Shown one piece after another: positions 1 to 11,032 of a stretch of 64,000 bases of DNA; within the stretch, counting starts at the first letter, position 1; each line of letters starts with the position of its first letter. The notes beneath the pieces were generated by a model. The model searched no databases and was not told where the DNA came from. It worked only from the letters and a program-made list of their open reading frames with translations. Location of the stretch: NCBI GenBank assembly GCA_038087875.1, contig CM075988.1, forward strand, positions 21,578,001-21,642,000. Direction: 5' to 3'. The position numbers and the translations under genes are program-made. The stretch is from Malacoraja senta. Its lineage: Eukaryota.

Positions 1-46
1 TCACCACTGTGCCACCTTGATTGATTGGATTCCCTTTCTCTGGCAG

Positions 47-140
47 CTGCAGCTTTTTTTCATATCGGAGAAGGCTCCGAACCAGTTGGACATAAAAATT
101 TTACTGTAATTCAAAGATCGCTTTACAGGCAACCCTTGCA
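47..140 (+). CDS. Candidate coding exon of an unidentified multi-exon gene (phase 1 to phase 2): xAAFFHIGEGSEPVGHKNFTVIQRSLYRQPL(Q)
   Basis: Pyrimidine-rich acceptor tccctttctctggcag, stop-free frame and donor GCA|gtatga in non-repetitive DNA. The phase joins 18861 (ca+a = Gln). Confidence 0.45.
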
Positions 141-524
141 GTATGAGTGATGAAAATTCGCCCATGTAGAATTCACAAATCACTGCCCGAGAATTTGAGA
201 CATGGAATAAATTTCACTCACATTTATGCGAAAAGAATTAAAGATAACACGACAACATTTATTTCTCCGTTGCCTGCACATATGACGTAGGTTCATGTTA
301 CAGATATGGACCATTTTGTTGGGGTTATGTGTATGAACCGTGACATTTTAATGTTGTTTTATTTGTTCCTGGCCGAGACACACATCTATTCACGTTGCAG
401 ATGTAATCTTATTGTTCAGCCTGAAAAGGCAACTAGAGAGCGGTCCTGACCTCCCATCTACTTCACCGGAAGCCCTCGGACTATCTTTCATCGGATTTTA
501 CTGGACTTTATTTATTTTTTTTAA

Positions 525-819
525 AGTTTAGTTTAGAGATACAGCACGGAAACAGCGCCTTCGGCCTACCGAGTCCACACCAACCATTAACGCTATCCTA
601 CACACACTAGGGACAATTTACACATACTCCAAGCAATTTAACCTACAATCCTGCATGTCTTTGGAGTGTGGGAGGAAAGAGAAGATATCGGAGAAAACCC
701 ATGCAGGTCACGGGGGGAACGTACGAAATCCATACAGACAGCACCCGTAGTCAGGATCAAACCCGGCGCTACAAGCACTACAAGGCAGGAACTCTACCGC
801 TGCACTACCGTGTTGCCCC
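525..819 (-). mobile_element. HE1-like tRNA-derived V-SINE
   Basis: Reverse complement of the dominant ~300 bp repeat, with tail tgtatctctaaactaaact. Confidence 0.85.
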
Positions 820-868
820 AATCTTGCACTAAATGTTATTCCCTTTATCATGTATCTGTGATGGATGT

Positions 869-910
869 TTGTGTAAATTGTGTAAATTGTGTAAATTGTG
901 TAAATTGTGT
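869..910. repeat. (TGTGTAAAT)x4 microsatellite
   Basis: Seen directly. Confidence 0.9.
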
Positions 911-1264
911 TGTGTCTTGGTTCTTTTCTTGTTGTATGACTGCAGAAACCAAATTTCGTTTGAACTTCATTTGAGGTCCAAATGATAATAAACGGTATTG
1001 TATTGTATTGTACACTGTGGATGGCTCATTTATAATCATGTATAGTCTTTCTCCTGACTGGGTAGCACGCAAGAAAAAATCTTTTCACTGTACCTTGGTA
1101 CACGTGACAATAGACAATATGTTAGAAAAATTGAGTTTAGTTTAGTTTAGTTTAGTTCAGTTTAGTTTTCTTTAGTTTAGTTTAGGCAAAAGGCAAACCT
1201 CCCAAAGCCACCAGTACATTCCTGATCGTGACTTCATCCTCATCAAAATCCAGGGACATTGTAT

Positions 1265-1580
1265 GTTTAGTTTATAGAGATACAGCCGGAAACAGGCCCT
1301 TCAGCCCACCGAATCTGCACCGACCAGCGATCCCCGCACATTAACACTATCCTACACACACTAGGGACAATTTACACATACACCAAGCCAATTAACCTAC
1401 CAACTTGTACGTCTTTGGAGTGTGCGAGGAAACTGAAGATCTCGGAGAAAACCCACGGGTTCACAGGGAGAACATACAAACTCTGTACAGACAGCACCTG
1501 CAGTCGGGATCGAACCCGGGTCTCTGGCGTTGCAAGCGCTGTAAGTTAACAACTCTACCGCTGCGCCACCGTGCCGCCCT
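1265..1580 (-). mobile_element. HE1-like SINE, full length
   Basis: On the minus strand: A-box ggtggcgcagcggtag, B-box ggttcgatcc, V-domain core and CR1-like tail. Confidence 0.9.
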
Positions 1581-1626
1581 ATGTGCCAATACATTTATTT
1601 CCACCCTCTGAAATTCATTTAAAAAT

Positions 1627-1923
1627 GGGGGTGGCACAGTGGTAGAGCTGCTGCCTACCAGCGCCAGAGACTCGGGTTCGATTCTGACTACGTGCTCTCT
1701 GTATGGAGATTGTGCGTTCTCCCCGTGACCATGTGGGCTTTCCCCGGGTGCTCCGGTTTCCTTCACCACTCCAAAGACGTGCAGGTATTAGGTTAATTCG
1801 CTACGGTAAAATTGTAAATTCTCCCTAGTGTGTTAGTGTACGGGGTGATTGTTGGACGGTGCGGACACGGTGGGCTGAAGGGCCAGTTTCCGCCCTGTAT
1901 CTCTAAAGTCTAAAAGTCTAAAG
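1627..1923 (+). mobile_element. HE1-like SINE
   Basis: gtggcacagtggtagagctgctgcc...gggttcgattc...ctgtatctctaaagtctaaa. Confidence 0.9.
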
Positions 1924-2185
1924 CAAGGTTGTATGAGATTCCATTGTACAATGCAGCAACTTTATTCAAGACTAGACTAAGTGGGACCTGTTGGGTCCCA
2001 TGTACACACGGGAGGGCTGGTTCCCCAACGCAATATTCTACCTCTCCACTAATTCCAAAATTGGTGGCCAGTGGGGGGGGGGGGGGGGGGGGATGGGGGG
2101 GGGGAAGCACTACTATGGGTGTTGTGGGCCAAAGGGACTGGTTTCCAGAGGGCTAGTATGGACATTGTGGGCTGAATGGATTAAT

Positions 2186-2465
2186 GGGCTGGCAGCTCAG
2201 GCACTCAGGCCTGGTGGGCTGGCAGCCCAGTCACTCAGGCCTGGTAGGCTGGCAGTTCAGTCACTCAGGCCTGGTGGGCTGGCAGCTCAGTCACTCAGGC
2301 CTGGTGGGCTGGCAGCTCAGTCACGCAGGCCTGGTGGGCTGGCAGCTCAGTCACTCAGGGCTGGTGGCCTGGCAGCTCAGTCACTCAGGGCTGGTGGGCT
2401 GGCAGCTCAGTCACTCAGGGCTGGCAGCTCTGTCACTCAGGGCTGGTGGGCTGGCAGTTCACTCA
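2186..2465. repeat. 30-bp minisatellite, about 9 copies, inside the Helitron
   Basis: Unit gggctggcagctcagtcactcaggcctggt. Confidence 0.95.
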
Positions 2466-2484
2466 CGGCTATTCCTTGAAATTC

Positions 2485-2678
2485 CATTTCAAGCAGAGTG
2501 CAGGCCACCAAATTCAATTTCATAGCATTTCAGGCGGAGTGCATGCCACCAAATTCAATTTCACAGCATTTCAAGCAGAGTGCAGGCCACCAAACTCAAT
2601 TTCATAGCATATCAAGCAGAGTGCAGGCCACCAAATTCAATTTCATAGCATTTCAAGCAGAGTGCAGGCCACCAAATT
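2485..2678. repeat. 41-bp minisatellite, about 5 copies, inside the Helitron
   Basis: Unit catttcaagcagagtgcaggccaccaaattcaatttcatag. Confidence 0.95.
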
Positions 2679-2713
2679 GCCAAACAACTCATTGCATTGT
2701 CATGAAGGGATAA

Positions 2714-3375
2714 AGGGGCTGTCCCACTGCGGCGGCCTAATCTGCGAGTTTAGAAGAGTTTGCCCTCGACTTGAACTTGCAGCATGGTCGACACGTGGAC
2801 CTAGGAGGTCTTTTGAAGTCACTGGAACTCTCCTTCATGCTCGAGGGAAGTTCCCGCATACTCGCGGCCTCAGCTAGGTCGCGGAAAATTTTTCAGCATG
2901 TTGAAAAAATTTCCGCGAGTAAAATTTGGTCGGCATGGTTCTTTTTAACTCATAGTGCAGTGGAGTGGGGTCACTATTTAGTTACAGGCAGTCGAGGGCA
3001 GCCGTAAGCAATCTCCTTCGCTGACCGGGCATTTTGATTGGCTCATTGGAGTTTTCAGGACCAAGGAAAACTGACCGGTAAGTAAAATGCCTGCTAAACT
3101 TTATTATACTTCTTAAAAGTGTCTCCACTCCTTCTGCCCCCCTTCTCCCCCTTTCTCTCCCCTTCTCCCCCTTTCTCTCCCCTTCTCTCCCCTTCTCGCC
3201 CCTTCTCTTTCCTTCTCTCCCCCTCTCTCCCCTTCTCTCCCCTTCTCTCCCCCCTCCCTCCGCGCTCTCTAAATTACCGTACACTGTGCAGCCGTCTTTT
3301 ACCTTCCTCTTCATCGTGGGTGTGAATTTCAGACAGCGCTCCCCCGCTTTCCTTGGCCCCTGCCTTTGCGATGTC

Positions 3376-3418
<43 letters not shown>

Positions 3419-3555
3419 GTCGGTCGATCCAGCTCACGGTTTCAACGCTGAGAGTCGATCCAGCTCGAGGTTTTTCAGGCGAGTGCCCTCGAGCTCGAAG
3501 GTCGAAGACACTCTTCTTAACTCACGGATTAGGTCGCCACAGTGGGATAGCCCCT
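2714..3555. mobile_element. PIF/Harbinger-like MITE (family A) nested in the Helitron
   Basis: Imperfect terminal inverted repeats (TIRs) of about 46 bp starting aggggctgtcccactg, TAA on both sides (2711-2713, 3556-3558), internal CT-rich tract and (GT)n. Confidence 0.85.
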
Positions 3556-4446
3556 TAACAAATCATTTATTGCAAGTTCATTGCAGACTCACAGTTCAGT
3601 TGATTCACAGTTTAGAATCACAGTTGTTGTCTCTCCCTTGCGATCTTCCAGGCATCTGGGGTTTTATATTCCTGCCCCCCCCCCTCCCCGAAAGGGGCTT
3701 TACCTTCATCGTGGTGATTGACAGGCGAGAGGATCAATCAGCTGTTATCAAGATTTTTTAAACACTCATAACTTTTTTATTTTTCATCGATCGGAAAAAT
3801 CCTCAGGGCTGCGAGTAAGATGGCCAAAAATCATAGCGATATATGTTAGCTTTTTTTTCTAAAATCAATATACAACGCAGTCAGTGGTCAAGATGAGACT
3901 TTTAGTTATGTAGATGAGTTTATATACAGGATCAGACTGTCACAGCAAATAAGGACTAAACTGTTAGAGCCTGACTGATACAACAGTCATTACATTGACA
4001 TCTGCCAGGCAATACTGAAGAAGAATATTTTATTTTAGAACGTGCAATTATTTTCACACTAGAGTCATATGTTATTGAGTTTGAATTTTAAGTCTGCAAT
4101 CTTAAAATTGTTGTTCTGGTCTTAAACTCATCCATTCCATGATAAACTATATCCATCATGTGAGATTTCATATAACTGCTCGGGCTTTGACAAGTCATTT
4201 AGACCCTCTCTGCTTATAGAGTCGCGTTTATGAGAATTTATTAAATTTATCACCATCTTGACTCAAGTATGTGAACAAATAAATGATCAATGCTTGTCAC
4301 AACAAAGTCAGTATAGATAGCATCAGAGACACATAGAACTATGCAAAGCAAATGCATCTCGGAGCAATGCCAGCAAATAGGTCACTTTGTAAAGCACGGG
4401 TAAAAATCCAACCATTCATCCACTTCACAATTGCTTCTTTGTTTTT

Positions 4447-4580
4447 GCCTTTTGGATGAGACATTAAACTAGGGACACATCTGCTCTCTCAAGTTGATAA
4501 AAGAACCATACAGTCACCCTTCCAACGGGTCCTCATACCTCTCCCTGGTGTCCAAGCCAACATTTACCCTTCAACTAATA
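4447..4580 (+). mobile_element. Degraded DeuSINE (SacSINE1/AmnSINE1/SINE3-type Deu domain) relic
   Basis: ttggatgagacattaaact...ctgctctctcaag...taaaaga...ccctggtgtccaagccaacatttaccc resembles the recalled Deu core (tcggatgagacgttaaaccgagg...ccggtgtcctggccaa). Confidence 0.6.
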
Positions 4581-4674
4581 CAGGGCACAGTTTGTCTTGT
4601 CTACTATATAGCAGAGAAAGGGTAGACAGTCAGAGTGGAAATGTCAAATAATAAAGGGTGTGGTGATAAGTGTA

Positions 4675-5140
4675 CGAAGGAACTTCAGATGCTGGTTTAA
4701 ACCGAAGATAGACGCAAAAAGCTGGAGTAACTCAGCGGGTCAGACAGCATCTCTGCAGAAAAGGAATGGGTGACGTTTTGGGTGAAGACCCTTCTTCAGA
4801 CTGAGGCTGGTCTGATTTCCATTTGCAATTCCAAGCGATGATTGGTCAAGGCTATGAAATTATTACCCTTTAGATTTAAGTAATAAAGGTTACTTAGGCA
4901 AAGGCATGATGGATTCTCAAAGTCCCCTTTGCCTGAAGGACTGTCACACCGAGTGCTGACAGATGGGGGTTGCATTGTTGCCATCTGTTTGTAAAGCTGC
5001 ACATTAATGGACTGAAGAAGGGTCCCGACCCAAAACGTCACCCGTCCCTTTTCTCCAGAGATGCTGCCTGAGCCACAGTTACTCCAGCACCTTGTGTCTA
5101 TCTTCGGTGTAAACCAGCATCTGCAGTTCCTCCCTACACA
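4675..5140. mobile_element. Inverted pair of Penelope-like 3' fragments flanking ~200 bp of unique DNA
   Basis: 4675-4804 and 5011-5140 are reverse complements of the same aggaactgcagatgctgg...cccttcttcag repeat. Confidence 0.75.
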
Positions 5141-5514
5141 TTAGTGGTGAGATTGACCTCTGTCCAGGTTACCTGAGAGTCAGTGAGTTCCCCTGTTTAC
5201 AAGCACCTGATGGAAAATCAGTGGCTCCTGGAATATTGATCTGAACATGCGTAGTCTGCAGAGCACACCAATGATCATCTCTCTAGAGATGCTGTCTGAC
5301 CCGCTGAGTTACTCCAGCTTTTTGCATCTATTTTCGGAGTAGCTATAAGGTCAGAGAAGGAAAATTTGAATGGGGATGTGCTGGGGAAGTTATTTTGTAC
5401 ACAGAGGTGCAGTGAAGAGCTTTTTGATGCGTGCTAACCAACCAGCGGAAAGATTCCATGATTACAATCGAGCCGTCTACAGATACATGATAAAGGGAAT
5501 AATGTTAAGTGCGA

Positions 5515-5852
5515 GATGTCCCCAATGTTGGGCGAGTCCAGAACCAGGGGCCACAGTCATAGAATAGAGGGGAGGCCATTTAAGACTGAGGTGAGAATAA
5601 ACTTTTTCACCCAGAGAGTTGTGAATTTGTGGAATTCCCTGCCACAGAGGGCAGTGGAGGCCAAATCACTGGATGGATTTAAGAGAGAGTTAGATAGAGG
5701 TCTGGGGCTAGTGGAATCAAGGGATATGGGGAGAAGGCAGGCACGGGTTATTGATTGGTGACGATCAGCCATGATCGCAATGAATGGTGGTGCTGGCTCG
5801 AAGGAACGAATGGCCTCCTCCTGCACCTATTTTCTATGTTTCTATGTTTCTA
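5515..5852 (+). mobile_element. CR1/HER1 LINE 3' end
   Basis: Translates as TRGH..FFTQRVVNLWNSLP..FKRELD (CR1 ORF2 C-terminus) and ends in a (TTTCTATG)n tail. Confidence 0.9.
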
Positions 5853-6459
5853 TAAAGTCCAGTAAAGCCAGATTATAATTAGTCTGAGGGTCGCCAATGA
5901 AGCAGATGGGAGGCCTGGACTTATTTGCCTAATAACAGCTGGGAAGAAACTGCCCCCTGAATCTTGAGGTCAGCGTTTTCATCCCTCTTGCCTGATGGGA
6001 GAGGGGAGAAGAGGGAGTGACTGGGGTGAGACTGGTCCTTGATTATGGTGGTGACCTTGTCGAGGCAGCGTTAAGTGTAGATGAATCGAACTGGAAACAA
6101 GGTGTTTACACTGTCAGATGGTAAGGAATAACCAGAGCAATGCATGTATCAGTATAGGACACAAACTAATATGTGAGTAAGCACTTTAACAATGACAGTG
6201 GGGCATAAACTTAATCATTCGTGTAAAACATTTCAGCATTTATTGTGTGATGGCTCAGAACATTTGAGGAGAGATATACTGAATGATATAAAAACAAAAC
6301 CCTCCAGGATTATATCAATATATTCACCAGTGTGAGAACATGCAGAGGCTTCTGTGGGCAATAGATACCGCAATAGGCTAAAGACCAATTATTCCAACGT
6401 AAAACCCGTGTTTTAGAGAAAACATTTTCTCATCTGGGTCCTAAAAGACTTCCCCCTTG

Positions 6460-6748
6460 AGGATAAGGGGGAAGACTTTTAGGACCTAGATGAGAAAAAA
6501 AAATTCACACAGAGAGTGGTGAATCTGTGGTATTCTCTGCCACAGAGGGTGGTTGAGGCCAGTTCATTGGCCATATTTAAGAGGGAGTTAGATGTGGCCC
6601 TTGTGGCTAAAGGGATCAGGGGTATGGAGACAAGGCAGGTACAGGATACTGAGTTGGATGATCAGCCATGATCATATTGAATGGCGGTGCAGGCTCGAAG
6701 GGCCGAATGGCCTACTCCTGCACCTATTTTCTATGTTTCTATGTTTCT
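6460..6748 (+). mobile_element. CR1/HER1 LINE 3' end
   Basis: Same C-terminal motif and tttctatg tail. Confidence 0.85.
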
Positions 6749-6814
6749 AGAACTGAAAGGAATGACCAAGGTGGATCTGACCCGAACAGGTGGTCAAGGT
6801 TGTCACAAGTAACG

Positions 6815-7298
6815 ATGGTACAGCTGGTAGTGCTGCTGCCTCACAGCGCCAGAGACTCAGGTTCGATCCCCACCTCAGATGCTGTCTGTGTGGAGCTTGC
6901 ATGTTCTCCCTGTGACCGCGTGGGTTCCCCGGATACTCCGGCTTCCTTCCACATCCAAAGACGTGTGGGTTTGTAGAAAACATAGAAACATAGAAAATAG
7001 GTGCAGGAGGAGGCCATTCGGCCCTTCGGCCATTCAATATGATCATAGCTGATCGTCCAAAATCAGTGCCCATTCCTGCTTTTTACCCATATCCCGTGAT
7101 TCCAATAGTCCCAAGAACTAAATCTAAGAACCTGTGCGTCTTTCGAGTGTGGGAGGAAACCGGAGATCCTAGAGAAAGCCTACGCAGGTCACAGGAAGAA
7201 CGTACAAACTCCGTACAGACAGCACCCATAGTCAGGATCGAACCTGGGTCTCTGGCGCTGGAAGGCAGCAACTCTACCGCTGCGCCACCGTGCCGCCC
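6815..7298. mobile_element. Cluster: SINE 5' half (+), CR1 tail (-), SINE 5' half (-)
   Basis: Segments match the same consensus units seen elsewhere in the window. Confidence 0.75.
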
Positions 7299-7999
7299 TA
7301 TTCTTCATTCGTATCCCTCAAGTAACATAGGGCACGGAGAACAAGTGTTTGCGGAAGATATTTGATGCCCTCTAAGCCTTTTATGTAAAAACATTTGGCT
7401 ATCCGCCTGAGAAGAGAGATGAAGGCTGTAATGATTGTACATGTAGAGAGGAGATCATGAATTCTATTCACACACTCGTTCTGCCCATGGAAATATAATT
7501 GAACCAATGCAGCAGCCGAGTTGAATAATGGATATTGATATCCAAGGACTTTACTGGATTAGCTTTAAGCAACAAGAAGAAATCTCTGTGTTTTTTTTGC
7601 ACAATAGCTATAGTTACTCATTCAGCTTCCACAAGAGAGAGAAGAAAAATGTTGGGCAGGAGAAATGGTGTAAATTATACACAGTCTGTTGGAAGGAATG
7701 AGCTGAATGAGTTATTCGTGGGATGATTAATTTTAATTTTACTGGTCTCGTTCCCTGAACGATTCAATATAATCCCTGAAGTGCATTAGGCTCCACATGT
7801 ATGAAAAACTATCAACAGTTGTTTTAAGTTCTGTTTTTTACATTTTGGTTCAACATTGCGTGAAATGAAATGTCCGTTAAGAAAGAAAAATGTGTCTTTC
7901 AATGTTAAAATAACATTGATCGTTTATTGACCAAATATAGAAGAGCACAGTGCGACAACAGGCCCTTTGGCCCACAATGTCTGTGCCTAACATGACTAT

Positions 8000-8254
8000 C
8001 AACGTTTTCACCCAGAGAGTTGTGAATTTATGGAATTCCCTGCCACAGAGGGCAGTGGAGGCCAAGTCACTGGATGGATTTAAGAGAGAGTTAGATAGAG
8101 CTCTAGGGGCTAGTGGAGTCAAGGGATATGGGGAGAAGGCAGGCACGGGTTATTGATAGGGGACGATCAGCCATGATCACAATGAATGGCGGTGCTGGCT
8201 CGAAGGGCCGAATGGCCTCCTCCTGCACCTTTTTTCTATGTTTCTATGTTTCTA
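8000..8254 (+). mobile_element. CR1/HER1 LINE 3' end nested in an older minus-strand CR1 (about 7935-8545)
   Basis: VFTQRVVNLWNSLPQRAVEAKSLDGFKRELD followed by the tail. Confidence 0.85.
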
Positions 8255-8670
8255 TCAAGACTATCTCTTATCTACCTGCACGTAATCCACATCCTTCCAT
8301 TCCCTGCATATCCATGTGCCTATCCAAGAGTCTCTTAAATGCCACTATAGTATCTGCAGCATGCAGCATCCAAGGCAGCACGTCCCAGGGCACCCACCAC
8401 CCTCTGTGTAAAAAGATTGCTCGGCACATCTCCTTTAAACTTTCTCCCTCTCACCTTAAAGCTATGCTCTCCAGTATTTGATTTTCCCATCCTGGTAAAA
8501 AGGTTCAGACTCTTTACCCTATCAGTGCCTCTTATAATTTCGACATTAAGATAAAGAAAGACAGGAATCTTCTTCACTGAAACATGCGTAGAGTTGAGGG
8601 GCCTTGGCCAGAATAATACTGAGAGGTCTTTGTGTGGGAAACTAGATTTAGGGAATATCATCTCAGAATT

Positions 8671-8996
8671 GGGCAGTCACGGTGGCGCAGCGGTAGAGTT
8701 GCTGCCTTACAGCGAATGCAGCACCGGAGACCGGGTTCGATCCTGACTACGGGTGCTGTCATGTACGGAGTTTGTACGTCCTCCCCGAGACCTGCGTGGG
8801 TTTTCTCCGAGGCGTTCGGTTTCCCCCCACACTCCAATGACGTACAAGTTTGTAGGTTAATTGGTCTTGGTAAATGTAAAATTGTCCCTAGTGGATAGTG
8901 TTAATGTGCGGGGATCGCTGGTCGGCACGGACCTGGTGGGCCGAAGGGCTGTTTCCGTGCTGTATCTCTAAACTAAAAAAACTAAACTAAACTAAA
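8671..8996 (+). mobile_element. HE1-like SINE, full length
   Basis: A and B boxes and (TAAAC)n tail. Confidence 0.9.
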
Positions 8997-9328
8997 GGTG
9001 GGGTGGGGGTGGGGGTGGGAGTGGGGGTGGGGGTGGGGGTGGGAGTGGGGGTGGGGGTGGTGGGGTTGGTGGGGTGTGGGTGGGGGATGGGGGTGGGGGG
9101 GTGGGAATGGAGGTGGGGTGTGGGGGTGAGGGTGGGGGGTTGAGGGTGAGGGTGGGGGGTGGAGGGGGCGTGTGGGGGGGGTGGGGGGGGGTGGGGGTGG
9201 GGGTGGTGTGGTGTGGGTGGGGTGGTGGGGTGTGGTGGGGATGGAGGTGGGCGTGGGGGTGAGGGTGGGGGGTGGGGGTGAGGGTGGGGGGTTGGGGGGG
9301 GCATGTGGGGGTGGGGGGGTGTGGGGGG
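8997..9328 (+). repeat. G-rich (GGGGGT)n-like low-complexity tract
   Basis: About 330 bp of G4-G8 runs separated by T or A. Confidence 0.95.
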
Positions 9329-9971
9329 TAGAAATGAACTGAAAGTGAGAACGGTCAGAACAAATCATGGGTTGGCCAAAAGATGACCTCAGGAAGCCCA
9401 TAATGGCTGAGCCCACAATGGTCCAATGTTGGCTGGGGAAGATGATACCCAAGGTGGGATACTTGGATGCGAACAGTGGAACTGGAAGGACGATTAGAGT
9501 GGGGGAGGGGGGGGAGAGAGGGGAGGGGAAGGGAAGCAGGAGTTATTGAAATTAGAGAAATCAATGTTCTACCGGTGCCCAAACGAAGTACTGTATGAGG
9601 TGCTGTTCCTCCAATTTGCATGTGGCCTCACTCTTTGTTTCTATCTGCAAGTTATGTATGCAGGTGAAAGATACTGGATGTCCATGGCTGACTCTGAAGG
9701 TTCTGGGTTTAAGTCTCACTCCAGAGAATTATATATATAGCAAATCTAAGCCACAGTCAATGAAGGAGTGTAGTTTTGTAACCTTTATCAGGGTAATGTT
9801 TTTCAATCATATCAGCTAACTGACTGTTAAAGGACTTCAATGGCCGCAAAGCACTGACACATCTGAGTAGAAATCAATAAAGCACTTTTTTTTGTGAGAT
9901 AACTATTTAGTTCATAATATCACAAAATATTAATCATAAATAAACATGATTGCAAACATGCAGATTAAGTA

Positions 9972-10426
9972 GGTACACAAAAATGCTGGAGAAACTCAGC
10001 GGGTGCAGCAGCATCTATGGAGCGAAGGAAATAGGCAACGTTTCGGGCCGAAACCCTTCTTCAGACTGATAGGGGGTGGGGAGAAGAAAGGAAAAAGGAA
10101 AAAGGCGGAGGAGGAGCCCGAGGGCTGGGGGAGGGGAGGAGACAACCAGATGGCTGATGGAGGGGAGGGGACAGCAAGGCTAGCAGAATTGGGAGAATTC
10201 AATGTTCAGGCCCCCAGGTTGTAGACTGCCCAAGCGGAATATGAGGTGCATTTCCTCCAAATTACGCTGTTGCTCGCTGTGGCCATGGAGGAGGACCCAG
10301 GACAGAGAGGTCAGATACGGAATGGGAGGGGGAGTTGAAGTGCTGAGCCACCGGGAGGTCAGGTTGGTTATTGCGGACCGACCGGAGGTGTTCGGTGAAA
10401 CGATCGCCAAGCCTCCGCTTGGTCTC
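9972..10426 (-). mobile_element. Penelope-like element, 5'-truncated, with TSD
   Basis: 17-bp direct repeat aacatgcagattaagta at 9955-9971 and 10427-10443. Minus strand encodes the GIY-YIG C-terminus RNLEEMHLIFRLGSLQPGGLNIEF. Confidence 0.85.
10037..10064 (-). ncRNA. Minimal hammerhead ribozyme motif (Penelope-associated)
   Basis: CUGAAGA-a-GGGUU-uc-GGCCC-GAAAC-GUU: core, stem II and NUH triplet present. Confidence 0.65.
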
Positions 10427-10662
10427 AACATGCAGATTAAGTATCCTGCTCCACTATTTAATAGGCAGCACAGTGTCGCAGCACCAGAGACCCGGGTTCA
10501 ATCCTGTCCTCGGGTGCTGTCTGCGTGGAGTTTGCACGTTCTCCCAGTGACTGCGTGGGTTTCCTCCGGGCGCTCAGGGTTTCATCCCACATCCCCAAAG
10601 ACGTGCGGGTCTGCAGGGTTAATTGTTCCTCTGTAAATTGTCCGTGGTGTGTAGGATACATG

Positions 10663-11032
10663 AAGGAAAGATGGCGCTGAAACCAGCCGATACTTTGCAC
10701 GGGCTGGTCCCAGTAGTGGATCCGCGATCGTACATTATACTCTTTTAAATCTTTATTTGCAACGACCAGGTTCAGGAATAGCTGCTTCCCCACAGCCATC
10801 AGGCTATTAAACTTGGCTCGGACAAAACTCTGAACATTAATAGCCCATTATCTGTTTATTTGCACTTTATCAGTTTTATTTATTCATGTGTGTTTATAAT
10901 TATATAATGGTATATGGACACACTGATCTGTTCTGTAGTCATGCCTACTATGTTCTGTTGTGCTGAAGCAAAGCAAAAATGTCATTGTCCTATCAGGGAC
11001 ACATGACAATAAACTCTCTTGAATCTTGAATC
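10663..11032 (+). mobile_element. Rex1-like LINE-derived element inserted in a SINE (10463-11160)
   Basis: Starts with aagatggcg and ends with a Rex1-type 3' end and (TCTTGAA)n tail. The same 3' end is inverted at about 61000-61245. Confidence 0.55.

Larger units (their letters stand above)
420..1110 (+). mobile_element. Rex1/Babar-like LINE 3' end fragments interrupted by a SINE
   Basis: ggactatctttcatcggattttactggacttta...cactgtaccttggtacacgtgacaata recurs at about 19500-19740 and inverted at 23115-23300. Confidence 0.5.
1972..3914 (-). mobile_element. Non-autonomous Helitron, both ends present
   Basis: Minus strand reads A|TCTACATAACTAAAAG...TGGGACC-caaca-GGTCCCA cttagt CTAG|T: 5' TC, subterminal GC hairpin, 3' CTAG, insertion between A and T, no TSD. 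Confidence 0.85.

Noticed and set aside
1991..2713. Repetitive ORFs (LAAQSLRPGG, GWQLSHSGLV)
   Set aside because: They are translations of the Helitron's minisatellites.
8671..8760. tRNA genes at SINE heads
   Set aside because: A and B boxes are present but run directly into the SINE body, with no complete cloverleaf.
8982..9452. Pro/His-rich ORFs
   Set aside because: They arise from the G-rich low-complexity tract.
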